A DNA stretch of 64,000 nt from Acanthaster planci (Eukaryota). The position numbers were made by a program, and so were the translations under genes. Positions within the stretch are counted from its first letter, which is position 1, and every line of letters starts with the position of its first letter. A model generated the notes under the pieces. The model had not been told where the DNA came from, did not search any database, and saw nothing but the letters and a program-made list of their open reading frames with translations. Location of the stretch: positions 4,756,934 to 4,820,933 of the forward strand of contig NW_019091356.1 of NCBI RefSeq assembly GCF_001949145.1. The letters run 5' to 3'. Positions 1-12,500 of this stretch are shown one piece after another.

Positions 1-521
1 AGCGTAGCGAAGTCTATTTTCAAAACTCAATTATTCACATGCCTAAGAGTTTCTGTATGCTGGGTTCGTCATTAGAATTTTCGGGTCCAGGAACCAGACT
101 ACCAATACTCAAGTAAATCACGGGACCATTCTGGAGTATCACAATATAATTCGCGTACGTGATTGGTTAGATACACGCACAGACGGTGAATGGGTCGTAT
201 ACGTTAATGGTCCCACGTTCGGCCTTCTTTTTTGTCAGAATCGTATCGAATATCGGGTCATTGGGGTTGATATTTTTGCACCTTATTTTAACGGCCATGG
301 TAAGTTAACTTAAAGGATTTTTTAAATTGAGTACTGTTAATTGAGTATGAGTACTTTGATGCTCGAGTATAATTTTTGGATGTCGAGTTCCGAGTATTTT
401 GTAGCCTGAGTACAAGAATTGTAGTTCGAGTACGAGTACTTGGATGTCCGAGTACAAGTACGAGTACTCTGAAGAGTACTCAAGAAGTACTCGAGTACGA
501 GTACCAAGTACTACAACACTG
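1..521. mobile_element. Probable terminus of a non-autonomous DNA transposon with GAGTAC subterminal repeats
   Basis: Dense (C)GAGTAC/AGTACT motifs at ~329-515, ending in TACAACACTG (reverse complement CAGTGTTGTA), which resembles a hAT-type terminus. The other end is not identifiable in the window. Confidence 0.45.
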
Positions 522-1302
522 ACATCTAGGCCACTGAGTTTGTATAATAGATAGCTATTTCTGGAACCTGGTTATGCGTGCATATATATGTCTACACTAA
601 AATAATGCAAACAAATGGCATGGCGACAGCCCACCCCCCCACCCCCAAACCCAAAATTTTCCAGGGGGCGGTGGGAATTAAGAGTTCTCACAAGGGGAAG
701 GGCATTACCCTTTTGACTAGCTACGCTACTGAGCTCTAGGCCTATGCATAAACTAGGAGCGTAGGCCTCCATGTACATGTACATGTACATCTAGTCATGG
801 AGGAAGGACACAGAAGGAGTTTGAACTGCCCGGGCTATAACATCTGGCCGATTACCACTTTCTGCCATGCCCGGTATGTCCATAGCCCGAGCGCAGCGCA
901 CGCCCGCTATCCACCACCTGTTTTGCAACCATAAGCTACCTTTGTACCCAATGATCGTCGCCGCAATTTTTCGTTGGTAATCTGCATCCCTAAAACGTTG
1001 TGTACTGCAGTATAGGAAGTTGAATATTCATGCCATCGTTGGTGCTTGATATGAACCGACAACATCATCAAATGTAGTGTTTGCGCAGTTTCTTTTATTA
1101 GGCTGTATACTCGAAGTGTTCATGTGCAGTTGTTGCCCTTATCGAACGCTTTCTTCTGGACTTCTTTTAGGAATAAATAGCCGAGCTGTTTGTAAGATGT
1201 TGTGTTTTGTTTGAATCATTTTTATTATGGCATTTGTACAAAGGCGTATTTTATGCAATTTCACGATCACTCCTTGTGATGAAATAGCGCATTTTGTTGC
1301 TG

Positions 1303-1480
1303 NNNNNNNNNNNNNNNNNNNNNNNNNNNNNNNNNNNNNNNNNNNNNNNNNNNNNNNNNNNNNNNNNNNNNNNNNNNNNNNNNNNNNNNNNNNNNNNNNN
1401 NNNNNNNNNNNNNNNNNNNNNNNNNNNNNNNNNNNNNNNNNNNNNNNNNNNNNNNNNNNNNNNNNNNNNNNNNNNNNNNN
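1303..1480. other. Assembly gap (N run)
   Basis: Run of N bases. Confidence 1.
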
Positions 1481-2512
1481 CTAAGATGCAGACAGCAATA
1501 AGGCATTTTTGGAATGTTTTCTATTATTCATCAGACGCGGCGGCGACCATCATTGGACGCTTTAAAGTGCCTGAGTTACAACTCCTTCTGTGTCCTTCCT
1601 CCATGATCTAGTACATCTACTGTACATGTACATATTCTTTACAATTTGACATCAGCTTTGTTTTCAGAGCTGTAGTGTGCATAAGAATTTTTGCAGCTTA
1701 CCTCCTGCCAGGCAGCCACGTGCCACTAATCTCCCAAGAGCGGTTAAGCCGATAATCCAGGGTTTTACGATGACACTCGATTCACAGCAGACTAATCGTC
1801 TCTGAGCCGCACGATAAACACCTGTTAATTTATACGATACAATGGCGCACATGCGCACGCAGTCTGCCCGTGGCGGCCGGCGCGGCGCTGGGCACGTGCC
1901 CAGGGGTGGTGGTAAGTGACTGCTGATATGTATAGTAACATGAATAACCGGTAACCTGTTGAGCGTATTTTATGTACACGGGGAAAATGTTTGTACACAA
2001 CATGCCCGGGAATTTAGGCGGATTTTTTATTGATTTATTTCTTGTGAAAGCACGTCCAACGCGTAGGGCCGGGGAAGCTTCCACGGGGCAAGGAATTAGT
2101 TTTGAGAAAGTATTCCCGCGGTCCGACATCCGGGTGCTTTGCACGGTCCAAAACGTCATTTGCTTGATACGGAGCTCCTTTGAGGACGATTTTTTGTTTT
2201 TTGTTTGGTTCCCTGAACTTATTAATCCCCTCAAACTATCATTGCATTCACTTGGAAGACTTGTTTTGTGCCCTCAATTACAATTTTCTTTTACCTTGAA
2301 GTTATCATAAGGAATTTCAGAGTGACCAGTGAGGTACCTTGCTTGACGCGTACGCACGGTACGGCTGTCATGTACATGCAGGACGGATGCATCTACACGT
2401 AAATAGTGCAGTGGGCCAGTTCGCGCACGAGTCTACGACTACGATCGAGGTCAGAGCTCAGAGCGGGCATGCATGATGTACCTAGGAAGACTGCAAATTT
2501 CTCATTGATGTA

Positions 2513-5500
2513 ATGATATTCCAGATTGCTGTGTTGTTCACTGTGGGTCTGGGTCTTTACTGGATAGTCAGACGGAATCCGAAAATTCTTAAAAGAATGT
2601 TTAAGCCCGGGAGCCCACTTTTCGCCCTGGGGTGAGTGTTAACGTGAGTACAGTTTGTATAAAAAATGTATTGACCAGTTCCGGTATGTCTGACTTGAGC
2701 AAAGACATGGCTTACAGCCTACGAGTACAGACTGGATGTAGCAAGGGCCAGTCTGGTAGTAGTAGTACTGGACTGCCTCCGTATCCTTTGCCTCACAACG
2801 GCTCATCTAAAAAGTGTAGACTCGGCGAAAACGCCTTCGAGTAGTAAAGTACATGCAGGCCAACCCAATTTGGCGTGTAGGGCCTATGTGTGTATGTTAT
2901 GGCCATGATGGGGATGGTAAGAAGGCTCATAAATGTTTCAACTGTTTTCTTTTTGAAGTGATCTTGGAGAGGATGTCATAAGAAACATTTTGATATATGT
3001 TTGGATTCCATCGGTGCCTGCAAAGCAAAGAAATACTGATTTAAAGTGGGGATATGTACTTATTCAATGATTCGCCACAAGTGGTATTTGACTGGACAGG
3101 GAATTCACACGTACACAAGGCTTCATTATTGGTGATATAAAGTCGTTGATAAAACAGCAGTTGGGATCACTGTCTTTAACGATGTTTGGTTCTTAGACCA
3201 AACAGATCCCGACTGTGTTTGATCGAGAGTTAATCGCTGTAGTAAACAAAAGTATACATGTAGAAACCATATTTTCACAGTCACTGAAAATAAAGGTTAA
3301 CTTGCCTGATGGGCTAAGCTGAAAGCTTAAGGTGGAGGCCTATTAAACTTGTTGTTAGGATGTTATACTTTTATATCTTATGTAATAAATTTGACCATTA
3401 AGAAGAAATAACTGTTACCATCAGTGAGTCTTCAAGATGCATGGTGCCAGCAAATCCCCCAAGTAAAATGCAAGGGCTTTGGTTCATGACCCGCCCTGTC
3501 TGTTTTGGAGGCTTTATTTTATTTTTGGGTTTTATTAAAAGTTGCTTAACCATCCTTCAACGTTTTAAATTGAACCCTGCTGTAACTTGGAGGGCAGTTC
3601 ACGTTTATTTTTTTATTCAAATTTTTAAAGGGATTAATAGGGGATTCAAATTCACAACGGCAATGTTACCATGAAACCAGCTGAAGATTCATCACAGTTA
3701 AAGGCCCCCCGAAATAGCCAATGCACTTGTGCAGTTGTCCTGCCCAAAAAGACACAAAAGCACATTGGTACCAGTTCATGTTAAAAAGTCCACTGCCAAA
3801 ACTGGCTGTAAGGAAACTCCACCAACAAAACAAAAATGCTAGAGTACATGTATTTTATTTATTGAGCACTGTCATTTCTGCCATACCACATTTTGTTATC
3901 ACCTTTCTGTTTTGCATCTGTCAGATACCAGCTGTATTCCAAGACTAGTGTGGGACATCATCTCCATCAGAAAGATCTACGAAAAGCCAGACAGCAGTTT
4001 CCTGAGGGTCACTCTGTGGTGGAAGTCACTGACTTAAACGGTTATCATTTAAATTCTTTATTTCCTTAAAATATACAATTAAAACTTGTTGGCATGGCTT
4101 ATGTTGTCAACCTGTGATCCTCTGAATTTCTTGACTCGGTTAGATGATTTATTCCTAATTTTCCTAATTCCTTTATTTCAAAATTCAGGCCTGAGTGGTA
4201 AAACTTCATTAAATTTAACATGAAGAAGAAAGCACTGAAGTGTCCATTCTGTGTGCTTTATTAAGGATAGCCATTTAAGTGTTTCCTTGTTTGTATTTTA
4301 GTTTCCATGAGTTATTTAAATAATTAGCTAAATTTTCCCCCTTTGGTTTTTCAAGTAATTTTTCCTAAAGGTTCAGTATTTCTGCTCTTCAGGTATTAGG
4401 ATCAGGCCGATTCCGTTCTTGCAAGACAACTATGCATATCTGGTGATTGATAAGGCCACAAGCACAGCAGTGGTCATTGACCCAGGAGATCCTGAAATTG
4501 TACAGGTGAGAGTTAACTGGTCTTAACTGCCGGCTATAAGTGAAGGATATTTGTACAGGTGAGGGCTAACTTGTCTTAACCACCAGCTATAAGTGAAGGA
4601 TATTTGTACAGGTGAGGGTTAACTGGTCTTAATTAGCCGGCTATAAGTGAAGGATATTTGTACAGGTGAGACTTAACTGGTCTTAACCGCCGGCTACAAG
4701 TGAAGGATATTTGTACAGGTGAGGGTTAACTGGTCTTAACCGCCAGCTGTAGACAAATCCGATGACCAAAATTAGGCATTACTACGGGGCCATCCTGTTC
4801 GCACACAGGTGGTGCGTGCACGTGAAATTCCTCCTTGACCAATAGGCAGTAGTCAATTGCCAAAGCGTGCGTGCTCCGTCAGGTTGAGACAGCTACATGA
4901 GTGTAAATAGCCCTTTGGAATGGCATCTCATGGGATTTGTCTGAAGTGTAGGGTCTAAAAATTACTCCTTCAATTTGCTTCGTAGTTTAAAGTTGTGGAG
5001 GCGTATAGCCTGTTGGTTACAGTTGGAGATTTCTTAACATACATGACATAAGGTCTGGGGTTCAAATTCGGCTGCTGGTTAGATGTTTTGGACAAGTCTC
5101 TTTACTAGGTACTTCACTTGCCTCTCCTCCTAAGAGTGAAAATGGGTGCCAGTTAGGGCAGAGATGGTTGTTGCATTTAATTAGCTGTTTGTGTCAGCAA
5201 TGGCAGCATTGAGCTCTATACTCCCCAGGGATCAGAGGATAGTTTAGGAATGTTTATTGGCTTGGTGAGCAGGGATAATAATTTGTTTATTGGCTTGGTG
5301 AGCAGGGATAATAAATTGTTTATTGGCCCAGTGAGCAGGGATAATAATTTGTAACAGCACCTTTATGGGTTCCCAGATAAGTGTTTATAAGTCGATACCA
5401 TTATTTGTACAAATTTAATTCTGTTTTGCTCTTTTCCGATGTTTCTGTAATTTTTGTTTAGTATTGGATAGAAGAAGAAAATGTGTCTCTGACAGCGATA

Positions 5501-8041
5501 TTCACGACACATAAACACTGGTGAGTGAAATAAATGTACATTCACAGCCCAACATTCCAATCAGTTTGGAAGCAATTTCTTTTTAACCAGTTAACGTTGG
5601 ATTTCCGTACCCCAAAACAAGCTGCTGGGGGCGGGTTTCTTACCTGTAAAGTCTTCAACCTTGCAATTGTGCTTTGACCCAACCAAAAGTGATGCGTTAC
5701 TATGTCAACCAAGGAAATGAAAAAGAATTTTTAAATGAGTGCACACGTCCCTGAAACAAAGAAGAAAATTATGTGTTGTGTGTTTACACATCATCTGGCA
5801 TCTAGTGGTTGAAAGTTTAATCCTTCTAGATTTATAACTCAGCAGAGAATTGTTTGGCCCTGGGTATGCTTTTGTTCATCTATCATTTTGAGTTTGGTTT
5901 TCAACCCTTTGAATACAGGGATCACTCGGGTGGAAACAAAGTGCTGAGGAAGCTGTACAAGAAGATAGCTGTGTATGGTAGCTCTACTGACTCAGTACCC
6001 GGCCTTACTCAGTAAGTGGATACAAGACGTCTAAGGCAGCGTTCCAGCGATGGACACCCCATGATTTTTTTTATACTTTTAGTTTTGGAACTCACTGATG
6101 ATAGCATTTATTCCTGTGGTACAGCTCACAGTGTTCGCCATTTCAATCACCTCTATTGCAGGGTCTTGTATATATTTGGCTTAAGAGTGTGTTTATGGCT
6201 GCGTTGACCTTGCTTCAAGGAATTGACACTTTTAAGGAAATTCATTGTAAAAATGTTTGGAGGGTAATTTTAGCTTGATGCTTTCGACCAATGAACCTGA
6301 TTTTGTGTCTTATGTGTGGGGCCCAGGTAAACCTTGTATACTGGATTGCTCAATGCTTCTCTGCAGCCATGTTGTAGATGGTGATAGCATAGAGATTGGT
6401 GGTCTGAGGTTCACAACCCTTTTCACTCCTGGACACACCGTGGGTCATACAGCGTTCCTACTGCATAGTCCTGGTGGTGATATCCCTGACTGTGTCTTCA
6501 CAGGAGACCTGCTGTTCCTTGGGGGATGTGGTAAGTGTTGGCTCTGTGTGTTAAGAAGAATAAGGTTTCACCCCCTCATTGGTTAAAAAGAGCAATGTTC
6601 ATCGGGAGTGTTTCATATTTGTTTGTAGCAACGCGACAGCAAAGGAACTTCCAATGCCAGGAAAATTGCGCCCTCTCTTGGTTAAACTTGGGGCTCATAG
6701 GAATAGGTTAGATTAAGCATGCAAATGACAAAAATTGCACCTACTGATAATTCTTTCCTTATTTCCAGGGCGATTGTTTGAGGGTAGTGCCTCTACCATG
6801 CTGGAAAGTCTGGATAAGATTTGTAATTTGTCTGAGGGAACAATAGTCTGGCCTGGTATGCTTTCCTTTTCTTTTCAAAAAACTCTACCCACATGTAACT
6901 CAAAGAGAAAATTTTGAAGCTCCTTGCAAAGTTTGGATTAATCCTATAATTATATATGATTAATACATGTTATTGATTGCCCCCCTTTTAATTTACAATG
7001 TCTTGTCTGGCTTGTTTTTCAGGTCATGAATATGCAAAGGATAACTTGGACTTTGCTCATTTCTTGGAACCAAACAATCCTGACATCTCGGTAAACACAC
7101 CAGACTTTCAGTACCTAAAAGAAAACGTATGAAATAGGAAATGCTGAATACTAACGTTTGTTGGGTGTCCCAGCTTTCATAAGCTGCACTCAGACCCATA
7201 TGGCTCAAACTGCTGAATATGCAGCATTGTGGATTAAATAATTTTGTAATAAGCATTGAGGGGCATTTATAAATTGAGTGTCTTGACTCTTAGGGTTGAA
7301 TCATTGTCTTATAGACAAATGTTTGTTAATCTTCCCTCAGCTCATATAATGTAATCACAGTTCACAGAAAACATGAGGTGAAGAGTTTAGCATTTATAAT
7401 CCTGAATTATTAACATTAATAGGCTAGAATGTATTAGCATCAAACCTGTCTCTTTTTTGTGTCCATCCCAGTTTTATTTTTCTCTTGCCTTCTGTTTTCA
7501 ATGTTTGTCGCCTTTTTTACAGAAAAAGTTTGAGTGGGTGAAGGAGAGAAGAAAGGAAAAACTGATAACGGTTAGTTTGGAATGATCAGATGAGGGATAT
7601 TTTGCTCACTTTGGAAACCTAACAGTGAATCAACAGAGTTGTTTACGGCACACACTTGAGATTTGGTGACAGTAGATAAAGGCTAAGGGGGATAAAAGTC
7701 AAAATAACTACTTCCATCATAAATCCAGGTAGATCTGATAAGCCTGAAAATCAGGGGTAGCAGTATTCCAAAGAGGGACAAGGACCTGCATTTGAATCGA
7801 AATTCTGTTTCCTTTTAGTTTTTTTGACAGAGTCTCAATCTGTTTACAATCTGATCTGTGACAGAGTCCGTCCTCTGTAGCCGAAGAGAGGACCTATAAT
7901 GCATTTCTGAGGACATCATCTCCTTCTTTGCTACAAGTTCTTGGGATGGAAGACATGGCGAGTGCCGGTGTGGTGGAAAATAGGGAGAAAATACTCCTGG
8001 AGCTACGCAAAAGAAAAGACAAATATTACTATAAGCTGTAG
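2513..8041 (+). CDS. PNKD: PNKD-like metallo-beta-lactamase hydrolase (hydroxyacylglutathione hydrolase/glyoxalase II family), ~347 aa, 10 exons
   Basis: Exons 2513-2631, 3925-4040, 4393-4505, 5462-5520, 5919-6011, 6367-6530, 6769-6855, 7023-7090, 7523-7570, 7865-8041, all GT-AG and frame-consistent (1044 nt). Motifs: DNYAYL, THKHWDHSGGN (HxHxDH), TPGHT, FTGDLLF.GGCG, WPGHEY, EERTYNAFLR. The N-terminal YQLYSKTSVGHHLHQKDLRKARQQFPEGHS matches the PNKD-type extension rather than HAGH, and is preceded by a hydrophobic segment. Confidence 0.92.
4497..4748 (+). repeat. 53-54 bp tandem repeat x~5 that includes the PNKD exon 3 splice donor
   Basis: Unit approximately TTGTACAG|GTGAGGGTTAACTGGTCTTAACCGCCGGCTATAAGTGAAGGATAT, with donor GT at 4506, 4559, 4612, 4666 and 4719. 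Confidence 0.95.
4751..4942. mobile_element. MITE with ~15 bp terminal inverted repeats
   Basis: AGACAAATCCGATGA ... TCATGGGATTTGTCT (1 mismatch). It appears to be inserted in the last copy of the 53-bp repeat. Confidence 0.65.
4998..5400 (+). mobile_element. Degenerate tRNA-derived SINE with an internal ~33-bp tandem triplication
   Basis: A-box-like TAGCCTGTTGG and B-box-like GGTTCAAATTC head, then TTGGACAAG...TGCCTCTCCTCC...AAAATGGGTGCC and CTCCCCAGGGA segments resembling invertebrate deuterostome SINEs. Three copies of TGTTTATTGGC..GTGAGCAGGGATAATAA at ~5251-5350. Family assignment is by recognition only. Confidence 0.6.
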
Positions 8042-9087
8042 TGGCTTTCTTTTTGTGGAAGTTTAGTATTCGCTGATTTCACATATGACACCCAAATTGT
8101 CATTGTTTTTGGAGGACTGTTCAAGACTTGAAACACAAGCTAGGAATTTAGGGTACATGATTCTTCAATATTCAAGAGGTATCATCGGTTCAGTCAATTT
8201 CTTTGTGCACAGACTATGTGTATTCTGTGAAGTGGTGCATTGTAGAAATCCATTTAAGAAATCAAAGTTAAATGTAGGATAAAAATGTAGTAATGAGCTT
8301 CCACATTTCAAAGGCGCACAAAGATTTGTTTTTGAAAAAGACGTTTTAATGCACATTTTGTAAGTGGATTAAACTTCATTACATTGATATTTATATGGGC
8401 CATTGGCTGAAACTAGCTGAACATGCATGCAGCGACAGCAGAATGATTTTCAAAGTGGGGGGGGGGCAGCTGTTGGACCATCAGGCATCAGCCATTAGTA
8501 GACCAATCCATTAAGCCCCTCCCAATCATAAGCCCAAGCTGTAAAAATTGGTGGCCCCACTGGCCCCTCTGCCCCCCTCCCCTGCCAGTGAATACCTGTA
8601 CATGTAGTTTTACAGTTGCCAGTGTTCATTTCATTTCGTTACTGTTTTCAAACTCATCTAGTTCCAAAATTGTGCTCTAAGGCTGAAGATGTAACAAGCA
8701 AATCTCTTTTGGTGGAGGATTCATTTATATTACCTTTAAAATTGATTCTACTTATATTTAAATGAGCAGTGATTGTAAGACTGTATCACCATGGGCTGAA
8801 ATCTTGACACTTCACACTGTGTCATTTCTATCTTTAAATGAGTTTGGGTAATTCCAGAAGTTAGGGGTCCAAAAGTGTGACGTTTTTGTGTCCCTGTTAC
8901 GTCTGACCTTTGTTATTTGACAAATATTCCCGGAATTAATGTCAAACTATTACTATTTGTTTGGCAAGGAATTTGCATTAAAACATCTCTCTTGCAAATT
9001 AGAAAATGTATTCTGAATTCACAAAATCTTTTGTCAGATGTGACAAGGACATGAAGAAAACCCGAATTTCTGTAATTACCATTCAAA

Positions 9088-9150
9088 AATAAAGTAGTGT
9101 ACTTCGAGCACACACTGTACCATGTTTAGTCAACCCTGTAGATAAATAAA
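9088..9150 (+). promoter_or_regulatory. Candidate polyadenylation signals of the PNKD-like gene
   Basis: AATAAA at 9088-9093 and 9145-9150, followed by a GT-rich downstream tract. Confidence 0.5.
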
Positions 9151-9555
9151 AGTGTCATTTGTATGATGTATGTTAGATGTGTTTTAAGACATACTGTTTG
9201 TTTTGTCAAGTGTTTTCCCTGTATCAAGATTGTGTTGGTTTAGGGGTGTAAGAATGGAGGTGTACATGTTAGGGGGGGCAGAATAGGTGGATGAATCAGA
9301 GGATAGACGGCAGAGATGAGCTAGATGAAGGCGACAGGACGGAAGGAATTCAAACTTTCACAAGGTTCACAAAAGTATAAAAATAAAGGACTTTTAATTC
9401 TTCTCAGGTAGGATGTGTTTTGCAAAAGTACGTTGATAAAATTGGATAATTTTTAATCCATGCTGTAAAGGAAGGAGCGGGAATTACGTTGGCGCCCTGC
9501 CGTCCATTGAATTGGGCATGATGATTTTGGGAAGTACCAGTGTAATTTACCATTC

Positions 9556-12500
9556 ATGATGGCGGAAGGTGGGACTCGCTCGGAAGCATATACTAGCGCT
9601 GCTGGCGGTCCTACGTCTCCCCAGCCGGCAGTATCAGGACCATGGCCGAATAGCAAGGATGCCTACGTCCTAGGAGATGTCTTGGGTAAATTTATGATCC
9701 AAATGCCTTGTGTTTTAAAGCTCATTTAGTAGATGATGTTATAATTGGCGATTTCCTTCAAATGCATATCATACATGTGTTTGCATATGGAGTTTGATCA
9801 GTCTGGCACCTGCTCTTGCTGATACGACAAAGAGCCTCAAGGATCTGGGTCTGAGACTAATTAGGCTAGAATGGGAAAATATTCTCAGTTGGCCCTGTAT
9901 GACTGTGTATTGGGAATTGGAAACGATTTCAGCCCACATTTCCCATGAAATGTAATACAACTTTCTCTTGAAAGTTAGAAATACAGATTTTATCGCTGAG
10001 TATCAATAACTTGTCTGCGAGAAAAAATGTTGCATCCTGACTCCACTTTTCTCATATACATGTATCATCTCAATAAAAGTCAGTCATCACGGAAATGCTG
10101 GAAAGACATGAATTCTGGACTGAGAAACATTTACCGATGTTGGGAAATACTTAGAAAATTCTCTTCACTCCCCATAGACTTTGTACAACTGCGTAAGTGG
10201 AGTCAGGATGCAACATTTTTCCCTTGTCTGCTGCTGCCTAGCAGATGGCTTAACCTAACGGATGTATTTAAAGCAAGCAGTGCCTGTGTTTATGTTTGGC
10301 GCAATTAGCCGATCTACATGATGGCCTGATTGGTCTGTGTGATTGGTCAATCCTGTATGAAATTTTTAACTTTATGTGCCATTTTTAAAACAGTCTTTCA
10401 AAACCATGAATTAGAAAGAAAAGGCAATTGGTGGCAATAAGATTGACCAATTAGATCAAACAACTGTGCTCATTGACTGATCGCACCCAATGATTTCCAA
10501 TGACATGTGAATGTGAGTGTTTAAATGGTTCCTGAACTTCAACTCTCTGCTGGGCGCAGTACAGAATTAGCATGAGAAACACGACATACACGTATGAGGG
10601 TAACCTGCAACTCAATTAGGCTTGTCAGGGGACTACAATAGGCCTACCTGACAGTTTTTGTGGCTGTCATGGCAGCATTACTATTAGTATTAGGCATGAT
10701 CAGTTGCTTTCTGTCATGAGATCACCCAATTTAGGATGAAATCTCCAACTTCATTAACCTTTCCAAACTAACCCGCAATATTCTACATGAGAAAAAGATG
10801 GTGGTAGTACCTAGTGGGATAGACAGATTTTGTACGGGATCAACTGATACATTAACGTGAATGTTATAACTATGCAGGGCATGGTGCTACTGCCCTGGTT
10901 CAAAAGGCATACTGTACACCTAGGAAGGAACAATGCGCCGTCAAGAGAATCAACTTAGAAAAATGTGACACTACCATGGAAGAACTCACGGTAAGTTTGG
11001 ACCTGTGTATCTGCTTTGGATTCTTTATTTGTAAACTGTAAGAACCAAGAGATATTGTATGGAACCAAGTTTGTTTAATTGCACTGTTAATCAGTGAATG
11101 TTGTAGTCTCACTGTTTATTATTTTCCTCTTCAAATTTGTTAAAACCAGTGTTTTCTTACAACTGTTGCAGAAAGAAATTCAGTCTATGGGTCAGTGCAA
11201 ACATGAGAATATTGTGAGTTACTACACATCGTTTGTTGTGAAAGATGAACTATGGCTTGTTATGAAGCTTCTTGCTGCAGGTAAATTTGACCTGTTTGTT
11301 ATCTTTCTTTTATTCCAAAAGTCTTCATTCTCTTTAAATGAATACAAATATAACCTTAAATAGTGTAGGTTTGTTTCTAGCGTTACTGGGTTCTTTTTGC
11401 TTTGTTATAATGATCCTTTTTTCTTTTGCATTTATTTTTAGGATCAGTCCTTGACATTATGAAGCACATCAAGAAAAACTCCCCCGACAAAGTTTGCCGT
11501 TTGGATGAGGTTGTGATTGCAACAATTTTGAGAGAAACATTGAAGGGCCTAGAATATCTTCATGAAAATGGACAAATTCACAGGTAAAAAACCATACTTT
11601 TTCTTAAGTGTCTTGTATTTCTTGCTATAAAATCAGTTTTCTGAAACACCTGCTAGTCACCAGTAACATTACTGAAGTTGATGGATGGCTTAGACTATTT
11701 CAACATATAATCAGTTTGAAAGACAAAGTTTTGGTGGAAGTTGTAATTCATGGACTTGTCAACTGGAACAATGGACTGTTAAGTTTTTTCAAGGATTGCG
11801 GTCATTGCATGGCAGTCAAGATAACACACAATCCCACTAACAATGACTTACTAGTTTAGATAAATTTCTCTCTTCATTGGGAACTGTTTTCTGTATTTTT
11901 TTACATTTCTTTCATCCACTTACTGACAGGTCCTGTCTTGATTTCACTAGTACAGATATTTTGGCTTTGAATCATTTCTTTTCTTTGTGACAGAGACGTC
12001 AAAGCAGGTAACATTCTTCTCAGTGATACTGGTATAGTTCAGCTTGCTGATTTCGGTGTCAGTTCGTGGATTGCAATGGGTGGTGACCTGTCCAGGGCTA
12101 AAGTGCGTAACACATTCGTCGGAACACCATGCTGGATGGCTCCTGAAGTTATGGAGCAGGTACTGAGCTTAAATCTTGAGCCATCTCATTGGCTTACTTT
12201 TTGTGGGAAGTTCAAGAGATCTTGTTTTCAAGTTCAAACAGGAAAGATCTCCTTATACTGGGATATATTTTTGTGATTACAGATTCGTGGCTACAATTGC
12301 AAAGCAGACATCTGGAGTTTTGGAATCACAGCAATTGAGCTTGCCACTGGGACCCCACCATATGCCAAGTACCCACCAATGAAGGTGAGAAGATTAACCT
12401 AGATGTTTGTTGGGTGAGGCATCTTTGAATAGAATTGGAAGGAATGTTCTTATCTCAGCAGTTTGAAGTTGTAACGTGGCTTGATTTGGTTTTCATTTGG

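Noticed and set aside
1227..1611. ORFs spanning the first N run
   Set aside because: Artefacts of translating N bases.
1664..2310. Overlapping ORFs upstream of PNKD
   Set aside because: No recognisable motifs or splice chain; more likely CpG-rich promoter or repeat sequence.
4497..4748. Regularly spaced repeats superficially like a CRISPR array
   Set aside because: Whole units are repeated with no unique spacers, the context is a eukaryotic intron, and there are no cas genes.
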